This document shows, piece by piece, positions 1 through 11,518 of a stretch of 64,000 nt of DNA. Origin of the DNA: Trypethelium eluteriae. Taxonomy: Eukaryota. The notes under the pieces are model-generated. The model had not been told where the DNA came from. It searched no databases and worked only from the letters and a program-made list of their open reading frames with translations. Position numbers and translations under genes: made by a program. The stretch is from NCBI GenBank assembly GCA_051942245.1, contig JAVECL010000033.1, positions 1 to 64,000 on the forward strand, given 5' to 3'. Positions within the stretch are counted from its first letter, which is position 1; each line of letters starts with the position of its first letter.

Positions 1-252
1 GTGCCGATTAGGATTCAGGGAGTGGGAGATCGGGCGGAAAGTGATGGCGGAGGGGAGGGGGGAGATGACGTTTTGGCTTTGGAAAGGCCGAGCAGTTGGC
101 AGAGAGTAACGGGGTGGATGAGAGGTTGGGTGCCGAGTCCGCAGCAGAGAGTTGTGGTGAAGGGGCAGGTGAGGCATGGCGGAAATGAGAATGATAATGA
201 AAGGCAGGCTCTGTTAAGAAGAGAAGAGTGGGCGTCGGATGGAGAGGATTAG
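1..252 (+). CDS. 3' end of an unidentified gene running in from upstream of the window
   Basis: Open frame from base 1 to TAG at 250-252 ending ...ERQALLRREEWASDGED; GC-rich coding-like composition; no family motif recognised. Confidence 0.45.
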   Translation: MPIRIQGVGDRAESDGGGEGGDDVLALERPSSWQRVTGWMRGWVPSPQQRVVVKGQVRHGGNENDNERQALLRREEWASDGED

Positions 253-765
253 ATATGGGAGCATCTAAGCGGGAATGCATTGTCGAGTGAGATTTGGCGT
301 TGGTGTCCGTCTATGGCATGAATGGAGTCCGCTGGGTCTACTTGAGCATAATTGCATCTCCCAACGGCATAGTAGGCATTTTTAGGGTGTTTTAATGCTA
401 ATAGTGCAGACGAGATTATGATTTACCATAGCGATTTGAAACAGTCTTTATGCCTGACAAACTCATTACCATTCCATAGGTGCTGAAGGTACAAAACGAT
501 GTTCAGGATCGGAAGGCAAGAGTCAGCAAGTTCTTTCAGGAGCCTCACCTTAAAGATACCTAAGTAAATATCCCTGCTGAGGATGTGTCTGGCTCCTGAG
601 CAAGTGATTCAGTCTCTACAATTACGTTTATGATCATGTAGCAGCTGAAGGCATGATAAGGCAGTAATGAGGAGTAAATCAAGTTCCATCGATTGATACG
701 TAAGTATTATACCTGGATTGGCGCATCGTGCAGAGGATTTATTTTAATAAGTCTATGGCCGGTCA

Positions 766-2330
766 TTAATGATGCAGTGTATTCCTTCTGCTAGGTCCTT
801 CCCTCTCCGCCTTCCTTCCTACAATCGCCTCCAACGCCTGTGTTAACGCCGTAGCATCATACCTCACCCCTTTCCCATCCCTGTTCTTCCTCCCATACAA
901 CTTCACCGACTCAATGCCCAAGCTAGCCAGCTCCTCCCGATCTACCTTTGGCGTATCGGGACTATCAATGTAAATTACATGCGTCACGAACCTAGCGTGC
1001 TCCTTCCTCGCCACCACCTCCTCCCCTTCTATGTCCGTCCCGGTCGCCGCCTTGGCAATCGCGCCCACAAATTCTATCGCCGTCATCGGCGCCCAAGGAG
1101 GTCCCGTCTCCCGATCAATCGACCCATTCAGAATCAGAATCTTAATCCGGATGTTCGGACTGCTCAGTGCCTCGCCGACGCCGCGTGGGATCAGACTCGG
1201 AGCAACGGAAGTGTAGAGGGAGCCAATGCTGTAGATGACGGCTTTCGCAGCATGAAGAGCCTCGAGAACGCGTGGAGAGGCGGGAGGACGGATTTCCTGG
1301 CCGTAGGGATTGATGTACCAGACGCGTTCGATGCGGGCAGGAAGGTCCTCTTCGTCGGCTTTGGAGAAGACGATGTTTTGGCGGCGGAGGGTGGGAAGAG
1401 ATCCGGGGAGATTGGCATCTTCGATGCTGTCATGGAGTTCTGTTTCACGGGTGGGGGTTAGGGTGGCAGGGGTCTCGCCAGAGAGCGAGAGAGCAGTTGG
1501 GGCTGACGGATGGGAGATGGAGTTCTGGCCGACGATGAGGGTGTTGTCGGCGAGTGAGGCGGCGATATGGTGGGTGAAGTTGGTGTTGATGATAGGGAGG
1601 ATCGAGACGTGTGGGGGAATCGTGCAGACACTGCTAAGCAAATAGATGGCGGCTTCGAAACTGCCCGAAAAGAAGCGGGCTCTGCTCGAAGTCAGTGAAT
1701 TTTTCGTCTCTTCTTGTTTAAGATAGCAAACCCTGTTAGAAACATGTTCCCCACGCTTGCTTTTGCGAAATTGAAGACAGAGGAAGGCCTTGCGCGCTTC
1801 ACAATTTCCATGTTGAGGACGTTGAGGAAGCTGCGGATAAGTTCCTTCTTGGGCGATGAAATATCTTTCCAGAGCTCGTGTCTTGCTTCAACTATGTCAA
1901 GCCACTCGTAACGAGCTCGATCGGGTTCGGAGGAGAGACGGTGATTGAAGAAGGTTCTAATTGCCGTTCGCTCTGACGATGAGCCATTGCTAGGAATTAG
2001 ACGAACAAGACGGCCTAGAAATAGATAAGCCTATCTGTAGACTGTTTCTCGGAGAAGGCTCGTTTAAATACTGCGGACGTCTCCAATCCCTATTCATCCA
2101 TCAGTTTCATGTCAAGAGCACGCTCATCGTACCGTACCTGGTCCACCCAAAACCCGGATCAACTCGCTAGAGCTGCCGCCATTATCACTGATAGGAATCA
2201 CATAACTCAATGAGCATCCATTGCCTGTGGAGACCTTTTCGAAGACGTCTACAAGGCTATTCGCTGCAGTTCCTCCAGAGAATATGACGATTCCCTTCGG
2301 ATTCACTGGAGGTAATCCATATGCTTCCAT
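766..2330 (-). CDS. CofD/UPF0052 (YvcK-like) family protein, multi-exon
   Basis: N-terminal IVIFSGGTAANSL and ISDNGGSSSELIRVLGGPG motifs; C-terminal exon with VIYSIGSLYTSVAPSL and KILILNGSIDRET, typical of the fungal UPF0052 family; several GT-AG introns. Confidence 0.85.
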
Positions 2331-3148
2331 TGTATAGAACAGTGAGAAACAAACGCCAACGTCTTGGGCGGATTCTTGCTTCTTCACATCTCCGGTCCTC
2401 TATATACCTCTGCTGCGAACCTGGACATTGGGGTTTAATTGCGTTGCATGACTCTTCATGGTGAGGCTACGTGTCCTTATGTTAGAGTGTCATGCCCGAT
2501 GAGTCAATACGATTGTGCTAGGAGATGCTCCCGCTATTGAAACGAACCATAACGGTATGAAAATGGCCTTGAAGGGAACAGAGATGTGGTGTGAGGATTC
2601 GTCCAGAGTACGGAGTGCTCCACATGGACTGTTAGGTAGTGATCTGCGACATGGATTGTGGGGTAATCTACCTTAGAGGCCCGAGGGGGTTAGTGGATGC
2701 GAGATCCAGATTGTAGCTTCAGACATGCTGCTGCGAAATAGCTTGAAAATAGCCTTGTTCTGATTGGAGATCTTTGATGATGAGACGATAGCCTGATTTG
2801 AAAAATATCAGAAATTAAAGACTGTTGATAGGCTGGATTGTTGAATTTGTAAGGTAGTTGGTAATATAAGCCTATTAAAGAGATAAAAGTGTCAGAATTG
2901 AGTGGTGGGGCCACAACTGTGTGATAGCGTCATCAGCTTATTATTAGCACGTCAGGGGTTTTTATTTATTATAGCCCCTGAATTTCTTGGTGTTCTACCC
3001 CGCACCCTCACCCTCAGTAAAGCTCTCAGCCAATCAGGATCAACGCAAATGAAGATTGAAGCTTAAATTCAGCTGATTTGGGCTAGCATACCTCTAGGAT
3101 CAATGCCGCAGGCCTACCCCTGCGATGCTGTGGATACGTGTCTATATA

Positions 3149-3150
<2 letters not shown>

Positions 3151-3180
<30 letters not shown>
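3151..3180. repeat. (TG)15 microsatellite
   Basis: Perfect TG dinucleotide run, inside the TIR element. Confidence 0.97.
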
Positions 3181-3184
<4 letters not shown>

Positions 3185-3269
3185 CGCAGCTGCAGCAGCT
3201 TCCTGCAGGCCTCCGCAAATTTAGGGTCAAAATGTTGGCTAAAGTAGCCAAAACCCTAGGCAAACAGCA

Positions 3270-3324
3270 GTCTCACAACGCTCTAATGATGCTCTTATAA
3301 TGCTCTCATGATGCTCTAACAACA
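3270..3324 (+). repeat. Degenerate 11-bp minisatellite, 5 units
   Basis: GTCTCACAACG/CTCTAATGATG/CTCTTATAATG/CTCTCATGATG/CTCTAACAACA; many differences are C/T or G/A transitions. Confidence 0.7.
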
Positions 3325-3849
3325 ATAAGAATAACTAACTCCTGATTATTAGGTGTTTCTGATAGTTTCACAGTACCAACTAAGGTTCAGAGACTATTAG
3401 TTACATCGACTTTTATTTTATCAATAGCTGCGCATCAAATTCAGCCTCCTGAGTGTCAGGATCTCGCATCCACTAACCCCCTCGACCTCCAAGGTACTCT
3501 AGCTCCGTCGAGTCCCTGAAGATCCTTTTCCGCCATCGACTCTAGACGAGGAGGCCGAGCCTTCCGCTCCATCTTCTATCGTCAATTGTACAGAATGATT
3601 TTGACCACTTTCTAATTGGTGCATCTGTAGTGCTTGAGACAGCATTTTTCTAATCACTATATGTCCCGATGTATCCATCCTATCTGCTTTCCTTACAAAG
3701 ACCTAAGATACAGTCCAGAATTACTTCTGCTATTCAGAAGCTTAAAGATTTCGACTAACTTGATGGAGAGGTCTGCTATCATATGAGTAGTCATGATTGA
3801 CAGAAAGCACCAAAAAAAAGTTTGTACCAGCTTCTGCGTAAAACAATTC

Positions 3850-4307
3850 AAGCCCTAACCTGTATCCTGACACTGGTCAAGTCCATGGCGAGACCTAGCT
3901 CCATCGTGCATCTCTTGAACCTACACCGTACTGTATCCGCGTCGGTAGCATCGATCCATAAAATCGGGCCGTACTAGCCCTTGTGGTCTTCAGCATATCT
4001 TGATGCTAACTGGGACTTGCCAGTGCCGCCAATGCCATGGACCACAACCGTATGCGGCACACTAGCATTTTCATGATCGATCTTCATCTGCTCTTCTAGT
4101 GATTTGAATAGCTCTTGCTATGGCGTTTGTATCCGTATCGTTTTGAGCGGAACTGCGTAACGGCGCCTGGTTGGCGGCAGCAGTGATTGTAAGATTTCAA
4201 CAGGTTTCGGAACCATCACCAACAGTTGCTATCATACTGAAGATGCTGATGGTAGGGATTAGCTCAGCACCTCTGCGCTGCTCCAAGTGGGCTTGCTTTG
4301 ATGCCAT
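3850..4307 (-). pseudogene. Relic of an NB-ARC (NLR-like) P-loop NTPase gene
   Basis: Minus-strand translation RRYAVPLKTIRIQTP*QELFKSLEEQMKIDHENASVPHTVVVHGIGGTGKSQLASRYAEDHKG*YGPILWIDA: Walker A GIGGTGKS at 4013-4036 followed by LWIDA; in-frame TAG stops at 4118-4120 and 3974-3976. Confidence 0.75.
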
Positions 4308-4985
4308 TGTAATGAGAGCAAGTGAATTCGTATGAACAAGATGAAGGATCGAAGGAGGTCCATTTGGAACGCACAATAAGGGTCAATTTATAAAATCCGT
4401 ACCTGCGAAATAAGGGTTTGCAGCTTGGCATTCATGCGGCATACTGACATGTTGTTCCGCGCAAGTCGTCCGATCTAGCTTGGGGATGATACCATTCCAC
4501 TTTCTTTCTTCAGATGCATCATACGAAGAAGGAATGGGCTACGGATATGCATATCTGACTCTCAAAATATTTGAGACCTGCCAATAAAACTAGCCTGGAA
4601 GAGCAATGTGGAGCGATACAAGAGCGGCTTCCCTCTCTGAGCAAACGGGACATGATGTGGAGATCACTATGCCTGAACAAATGTGAGAGCTGGTAGGCGA
4701 CATATCGTTGTTATCACACCACGTTATCTATCTACCTACCATTGTTGAAAAGTCGGAAGCCGTGTTAGGACCTAAGCTTGCTCTAGGCAGCACGTGGCAC
4801 CCTCCAGGTCTTTGTTTGCTCCATCCTGGCGTCAAAACTTTCTGGCATTTTGGTCCAGCTGAGCACTCTTTTTTAATTCCTTCAACTTAGCCCTTGCAGA
4901 GTCTAGGAGGCTATACGAAATCAACCCACGGCTCCATTCAATTTAGCTCATTAAGAGTACTCATAAATTATTCACAAATCTTCCG

Positions 4986-6058
4986 ATGGGAACTCCGAAG
5001 ATCGTCTTTGGCGCTGGTGGTATTGGAACTACTGCTACTGGCTTCACCTTTACCTGGGACTCGCCGGAAGCTATTTCCGACTTCTTGTCGAAACTCGCAA
5101 GTCTTGGTATCTCAGACCTAGACTCAGTTGCCTCATACCCACCTGGTAATCCTTGGAATACTGAGACACTCCTGGGTCAGGCTAAAGCAGTGGACCAAAA
5201 CTTTGTGATTGATACTAAAGTTGCGGCTCATGACGGGAACAAGCTGAACCATGCGTCAATATCAGCAAGCGTTGATAAAAGTCTCAGCTTATTAGGGACG
5301 CAGAGAGTGCATATTTTGTACTCACACGCACCCGACCCTTCAACCCCGTTGGAAGAGACTGCTGCTGCGTACAATCAACAGTACGTAGCCGGAAGGTTTG
5401 AGAAGGTTTGTAACCATCCCTAGCGTTCGTAATATGCTGATAATGGCAATCAGCTTGGGTTGTACAATCATACTACCGAACAATGGTCAGACTTTCTCCG
5501 AATATGCGATGAGAATGGCTATGTCAAGCCATCAGTCTGCCAGAATCAGTACAATGCTCTCTTCCGCCAGGACGAGGCTACCTTACTGCCTCTGCTCCGT
5601 CAGCATGGTGTACAGTATTATGCATACAGGTTCGTATGTCCGGAGGTGGGACCCTAAGTACGTCTGAGTTGAGCTGAATATGCCACAGCCCCTTGGCCGG
5701 CGGGTTTCTCACTGGTAAAGTGACCTTTGCATCTTTGGGGCCTCCTGAAAGCCTGAGACGTACCCGCTGGGAGGGAGAGAGCGCGTTTCAGATGTATGTC
5801 TCGGTTTACGATAAACCAGAGATGCATGCTGCCATACAAAGCATTCATTCGGTGTGTCAGAGGAACAATCTATCTCTCAGTGAGGTTGCACTTCGGTGGC
5901 TGATGCATCACTCGGAGCTGGGAGCTGGAGATGCTATAATCCTTGGGGCTAAGACCGTTGAGCAGCTGGAAAATAATCTTGCAGATTGCAGGAAACCACC
6001 TCTGCCGGATATGATCGTACAGGCAGTTGAGGATATGTGGACGAGGCTCCAAGGATGA
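4986..6058 (+). CDS. Aldo-keto reductase, aflatoxin B1 aldehyde reductase (AKR7)-like; 3 exons
   Basis: LDSVASYP, IDTKV, ILYSHAPD, QNQYNAL, YAYSPLAGGFLTGK (spliced), ALRWLMHHS, IILGA motifs; introns ~5406-5453 and ~5630-5688. Confidence 0.9.
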
Positions 6059-6488
6059 CTCTCCTCAATACACAATGAGACAAAGTTGTCCTGACTCGGC
6101 CGTCCTGGAGAAGGGCACATTCTTGTAAGATAGGAAAGACTTCTTGGTATCTAAGTTTCAAGTACGGAGGTCCAGTTCTAAAGTTTTGGCCTGCACTAAG
6201 ACTCACCGGGCAACGCTAATATTTTCTGATACACCAATAAGATTGTAGAGTTTGAACTTAGATTTAGCGGAGTTTTCGAGTTGTTATCTACCGCTTGTCT
6301 ACACTGAAGTCTCAGAAATTAGGCTCAGCCGTTCGCGGTGCGCGGTGCAAAATTCGCCTCCCTCACCAAATCTACTAGCAAACCTACAACTTCACCGTTT
6401 TCATACATGTTTCACCACTTTTGCAACTCAGTTTGGCTCCTGAGATATGCGAAATGCGATTCTGGAAAATTCCGAAATTGGATGACTG

Positions 6489-6865
6489 CAGGGCGTCCAG
6501 TGATGCGTTCGATACGATTCGATTCGATTCGGCCGAATCGGATCGAATCGTCCGATGGATTCTGATTCGCTCGCTTAACCACCCATAGGATCCAAACCGC
6601 CACATAATTTAAAAACCCTTGTACACTTATTTTACTTCTTCCTTTAATAAGTTACCTCCAAATTTACTTAGAAAACCAAAAATTAGTTAGAAATGGTTTA
6701 AAATTTAGCTTGGGCTAGAACTAATTTTATTAGGCTGAATTATAGAAATAAAATCGCACTAATTTGGTAGCAAAATAATCAATTCAGACGATCGATTCTC
6801 GATTCAGAGAATCTAGATTATCTAATCTGATTAAATCGATAATTTTAGCATTACTGGACGCCCTG
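6489..6865. mobile_element. hAT-like MITE, ~377 bp
   Basis: 18-bp TIRs CAGGGCGTCCAGT(G/A)ATGC at 6489-6506 and 6848-6865 (1 mismatch); flanking direct repeat GGATGACT(G/T) at 6480-6488 and 6866-6874; subterminal CGATT/GAATCG repeats; very AT-rich interior. Confidence 0.8.
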
Positions 6866-7026
6866 GGATGACTTACAGCAGCTGTGTTCAACATAGGTCA
6901 GGAAATCATCACTTTCCCTCTTGCACAATCTCAGTATCTCAAACGATTACCATAACCTTTGTACCTATAGCTTTCGTCTTCACTGTCACAAAGGAAAACC
7001 CCGGTTATCCCAACGTCATTTGCTCT

Positions 7027-8010
7027 CTACTCAGTCTCTTCACCGATAGACGCTCTCTCAATCATCTCGCTCGCTAGCTCTTCATTGTTTGCGCTTGTCG
7101 ATGTCACCAAAAGCATGAAACTAGCGTCCATGCTGCTGATGGCCAGCATGACAATGCTGGTATCCATCCACCACTGTCCAGACGAAATTCCGTCATTCTG
7201 TAGTATTGCACAGACCCAATTCAAGATAGGTAAGAGCCTGATGAAGAAAGTGAGGGCAACAACAGCCTTCATAGAATCGTGACGGATAGCCAGGTAGTGA
7301 GCCGCATGACGAGGATATGGACGGACCAGCGTATACCAGTGCGGCGTCAAACACAAAAATCGAACAGTCCAGATGCATGTTGCAATCGTGTGGAGACAGA
7401 AGAACAAGGCAATAAAGTATGAGCTCGAGTGGGTTGAGGAAAGGCTGACGATTGTCAACAAGCATGCAGCGAGCATGCAAAGATGATCTGCTATGTCAGA
7501 GACACAACTCTGGTTCTGAGCTTTAAGTCGTCGCGAAGCGGCAACCAGAGCGGAAGGGAGCCGAGGGCCTCTGCGCAGCCAGACGTGCGAATGCGAGCCG
7601 TCTGCTCGAGTTCGTCCGATGGAAATTTTGTTGGAAGGAGGATGTGGTTGGCATACACTTTCGCAGACTTCATAGACGGAGTCATCATCCGAAGAATCGG
7701 AAGTGCTCACACTGGGCGTGTCAGCGTCCGGATTCAGGAAAAAGTTCCAGTTTGAAGAAGAGTTACTGTCCCACGCCGAGGAACTCCGTTCTTTTGTAGA
7801 GGCATTGTCGACGGCGTCTTCCGGAGAGGAGCACTGCCCGATGTAGTTGCCATCAAGGGGCCCCTCGTCGGAACGGAAGGCTGCATTGGCAGATAATGTA
7901 TTACCTTCCTCGAGATCCATCATCGTCGACTCTTGTTGCAAATGCATAGCAAGGAAAGAGATATGAAAAGAACCAAAAAAATCGTCTGTGTGCACGATTG
8001 AGATAGGCAA
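7027..8010 (-). CDS. Hypothetical membrane protein (Ser/Asp-rich N-terminus, ~4 hydrophobic segments C-terminal)
   Basis: 327-codon ORF; true start may be a downstream Met; no family recognised. Confidence 0.5.
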   Translation of the reverse strand: MPISIVHTDDFFGSFHISFLAMHLQQESTMMDLEEGNTLSANAAFRSDEGPLDGNYIGQCSSPEDAVDNASTKERSSSAWDSNSSSNWNFFLNPDADTPSVSTSDSSDDDSVYEVCESVCQPHPPSNKISIGRTRADGSHSHVWLRRGPRLPSALVAASRRLKAQNQSCVSDIADHLCMLAACLLTIVSLSSTHSSSYFIALFFCLHTIATCIWTVRFLCLTPHWYTLVRPYPRHAAHYLAIRHDSMKAVVALTFFIRLLPILNWVCAILQNDGISSGQWWMDTSIVMLAISSMDASFMLLVTSTSANNEELASEMIERASIGEETE

Positions 8011-8399
8011 GGCTAGTTTAGTTTATGAGTGGACGGCGCGTAGTCAACAGAGCCTATCCACGGTTGGTCAATGTCTAAGAGACTCAATGGTTTATACACA
8101 GCCAATAGTGAGATGTCTGATCACTCGAACGTCAGCAAACTTCGGAGGTCACGGTCCTCAAATTTTAGCCACTGGGAATTTTTTTAATGATGAAACCTTG
8201 GAACGGTCTGCAATAGCACTGGGGGTGAACCAGTAGAACTTCTAACCTCCTTTACGTTGCTGTTGATATTGAGACGCAGGAGTGGTATACTAAGGTGTTT
8301 TACTTATCGACATGCAGAAATATGGGGTATCACTAGAAACAAAGGCCGGTGCCTATCTCGTTATGTTTTCGTATAGCATGTCCATCTGTAGTCAGTCAA

Positions 8400-10444
8400 T
8401 CATCTTCTGCTTGCCCGACTCCTAGACCTGCTCCTTTCCCTCTTCTTCATGCTCTCCGCGCGCTCCTCTTCGACCGGCTTGCGGCTGCTTCCACCCGGGA
8501 CGTACCGATCGATCTCCACTGGATGGTATTTTTCTCTCTCGTCCCTGTTACTTCTGTAGTCTCTGCTGCTGCGATATTCACGTTCCCGGTCTCGATCTCG
8601 ATCTCGGTCCCGATCTCGGTCTCGGTCTCGGTCTCGGTCTCTGTCACGATCACGATCACGGTCGCGATATTCTCTATCCTTGTCCCTGTCACGGTATTCG
8701 CGGTCGCGATCTCTCTCCCGAGAATGATCGCGAGGCTTAGCACGAGAGCTTGTGCTGGGTACGTAACGGTCGATATCTACAGGGCTTCGTGACCTGTCAC
8801 GATCGTGATGGTTGGTCCTGCGCGGTGAGCGCTCCCGGGCTCTATCGCGATCTCTGCTCTTCTCGCGGTATCGATGGCGACGCTCATCGTGGTAATCCTC
8901 ATCATTATCATACTTGGAGCGCTTGTAACCCTCGGTGTCACGATCGTATTCGCGTTCCCGCTCCCGCTCCTTACGTATCTTCTCTTTGTAATAATCGCGC
9001 TCTTCGCTATGATCACGGTCGCGCTCCCGCTTGTGGTGGTGGTCATGTCGGGATGAACGCCGGTCATTGTAGTTGTCGTCATGTCGAGAAGAACGCTGAT
9101 CATCATGATCATCATGGCGACTGGAACGCTTCTCGTGGTCGTGATGGTGACGACTTGAACGCTCGTCTTCACGATACACTGCGTGGCTTTGATTTGCATG
9201 TCGTAGATAATCTTGCTCCTGCTTGGTGCTTGGCGTTAGCGGCTCGGCTTTGATAGGTGTGCTTGGCTTTTCTGCGTCACTTTCGGACTTCACATTGAGT
9301 TTGGCAAGTCTCTCAGCCACTGGATCTCGTGGAACAATCGATTTTGGTGGCAGGGTCTTGCGAGGGGGAGGCTCCAGAGAATCTGATCTCTCAAGGGTTG
9401 GCTTGGTATTACGTGATTTGGCCAAGTCTTGCCCTTCTTTGAGCAGAAGTTCCAATGCCTCTTCCTCCAATCGCTTCTCGTCTGGTGGTGATGGAGATCG
9501 GCGCTCGGTACTTGCCCTGATTGGATATCTTTCCCGTTCTTTCTCGTACTCTGCCAACTCCCTCTCGCGTCGCAGCCTCCTTTGCTCCCTCTCGTCTTCT
9601 CGCTCTCGTTCATACTGCTCCCGCCTTTTCCTCTTCTCTTCTTGCGCCTTCTCATATTCTTCTCGCTCCTTTCGTCTCTGCGCTTCCCACTCTGCCTTTT
9701 TCTTCTCTTCATACTCCTTCCTTCTCGCGTCCTTCTTTTCCATTTCCACTCTCAGCTTCTCTTTCTCCTCCTCCAATTTCCTCCTGGCTTCCGCTTCCAG
9801 TGCCTTCTGCTTCTCATATTCTGCTCTTCGCTCCCTATTTCGTTGTTCCTTCCTCGTCCTAGCCTCTGCAGCATAATCGTCCTCTGTCTTATTGCCTCGT
9901 CTTTCTTCCTCGGCCGCAGCCTCCTCGCCGATCTCATGGCGTCTGATTTCACGGAGTTTTGCTTCCAGGTCTGGACCTATCGAATCAATGTGTTGAGCGA
10001 CGAGCTGTTCGACAATCTCTTCAACGCGCGCAAAGATTGTATTGCGTTCGGCCGCACCTTGAAGGAGAGGGGCGGCCAGTGAACGGTTCTTTGAGAGCAA
10101 AGAAGAGTCATGCTCAATCTCCTTTTCCACAAGCTTGCTGAGATTGTCGGTCAGGGTTTGCTTTGCAGGCTGTAGATTGAAATTAATGTTATTACCAATG
10201 CTATCAAGTGAGACGTAACGAGCTGTGTGACGAGAACTATTTCACGTACACCTTCTTCAAATTCCTTGTAGACCTTTTTCCGAATATCATCGAACTCGCC
10301 CTTCTTCTTGGTTGTGTGGAGCATTGAGTCAATGGTAGCACGCTGGGTCGAGTTTATAGGCAAATCCATTAACTTCATCCCTTTGCGGACGAAAAGACCT
10401 TGATTCTTGTCCCTAGGGGGATCTTTGTCTGAATCTTCGGCCAT
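8400..10444 (-). CDS. Shg1/BOD1-domain (COMPASS-associated) protein with coiled-coil and RD/RS-rich tail
   Basis: Exon 1 KKKGEFDDIRKKVYKEFEEG, then long exon with EIEHDSSLLSKNR..AAPLLQGAAER, a charged coiled coil and (RD)n repeats. Confidence 0.75.
8586..8712 (-). repeat. Coding hexanucleotide repeat encoding an (RD)n tract
   Basis: TCTCGG/TCGATC/TCACGA-type units on the + strand; protein RDRDRDRDRD... Confidence 0.85.
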
Positions 10445-10823
10445 TTTGCCCTGTCCGCACAGCAGGTGCTGATGCTCACAGCTCTCAGCAGATTAGGTAG
10501 TGCTATGTCCTGCTTGTGGGAAGTGAGCTAATAGAATAAGAGGGTGTGCAGCGTGCAAGGTTACGCGAACTCGAGCATGTCGCGCTTCGAAGAAGTTGGC
10601 CGAGATTTTCCCGAAGTGAAGTGAAACTTCACGCGATCGGCAACATTAAGGAACCTCACGGGAACACGGAGGTCACGCATCCAGCTCATTTCATCGCATC
10701 TACATGCCATTGTCACTGCAACCCTGGCCCACGAGCTTCAAAAACACCAGGGAAAATCAGCCATAAGCTTCAAATATCTATAAGTTCAATAGTTTCCCCT
10801 CTGGCACCTGAGGCTGAGCTATC

Positions 10824-11238
10824 ATGGTCCACAAAATCCTTTTCTGGACAGGCTTCGGTAAGATTTCGTCTTTTCTTCAAGCACCTTGCGGTCTTCTAAC
10901 AAGAACTTTCAGGTCTCGGCGTACGCTTCTGGCAACTCGGTCTTGAGATGCGCCCCCTTTTCACTCGCGACACCATGTGGGCCTACCCCATTTATGCCGG
11001 CGTTGGAGGTGCCTTCGGCTACTGGCTCCAAGGCGTGGAAGAGCGACAATTCCGCATTTTGACAGATCGACGAGATAGTCTATTGGAGAAGCGGAGACGG
11101 AGAGCCGAAAGAGAGCGAGAAGGTGGAGCAGTAGAAGGGAGCGAGGGATCATTGGGTACGGACAGGCAATTATTGGAGGAGAGCGTCTTGGCCTCAAGTA
11201 CAGCGGTGGTGCCACAAGGACAACCAAGGAACCCATAG
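10824..11238 (+). CDS. NADH-ubiquinone oxidoreductase 14-kDa accessory subunit (NDUFC2-like), 2 exons
   Basis: Exon 1 MVHKILFWTGF(G) 10824-10857, intron 10858-10912, exon 2 LGVRFWQLGLEMRPLF...YPIYAGVGGAFGYWLQGVEERQ; matches my recollection of the fungal complex I subunit family. Confidence 0.75.
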
Positions 11239-11518
11239 ACTGTGGGATGGAGGACTAAATGTAGATGTGATCGGAGCGGCGCTATCCCGGGGAACTGGGT
11301 TTAATGAGTGGAAAGCGGAGAGAATAGAGACAAGCGGTGGTACCATTGTATGTACGATCACGGCATGTCAAACAATAACGAATAGCAGCTAAGTCAAATG
11401 CTGCAACTCCACCTTGATTCTCAACGCATCTCCTCTTATCAATCAGCGGTCATAACATTCTTAGTTTCCTCCATTTCATATTTCACATTCAAGAGCAGAA
11501 GCGCAGCTCTGCTCGACG

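Larger units (their letters stand above)
2671..3494. mobile_element. Non-autonomous TIR DNA transposon (TA-flanked, Tc1/mariner-type), ~824 bp
   Basis: Left end CCTTAGAGGCCCGAGGGGGTTAGTGGATGCGAGATCC (2671-2707) is the inverted complement of 3459-3494, with a perfect 26-bp core; TA on both sides (2669-70, 3495-96); AT-rich interior without a transposase ORF. Confidence 0.8.

Noticed and set aside
8349..10082. Several + strand ORFs rich in Ser/Val/Leu/Phe
   Set aside because: Antisense shadows of the low-complexity charged Shg1-domain gene.
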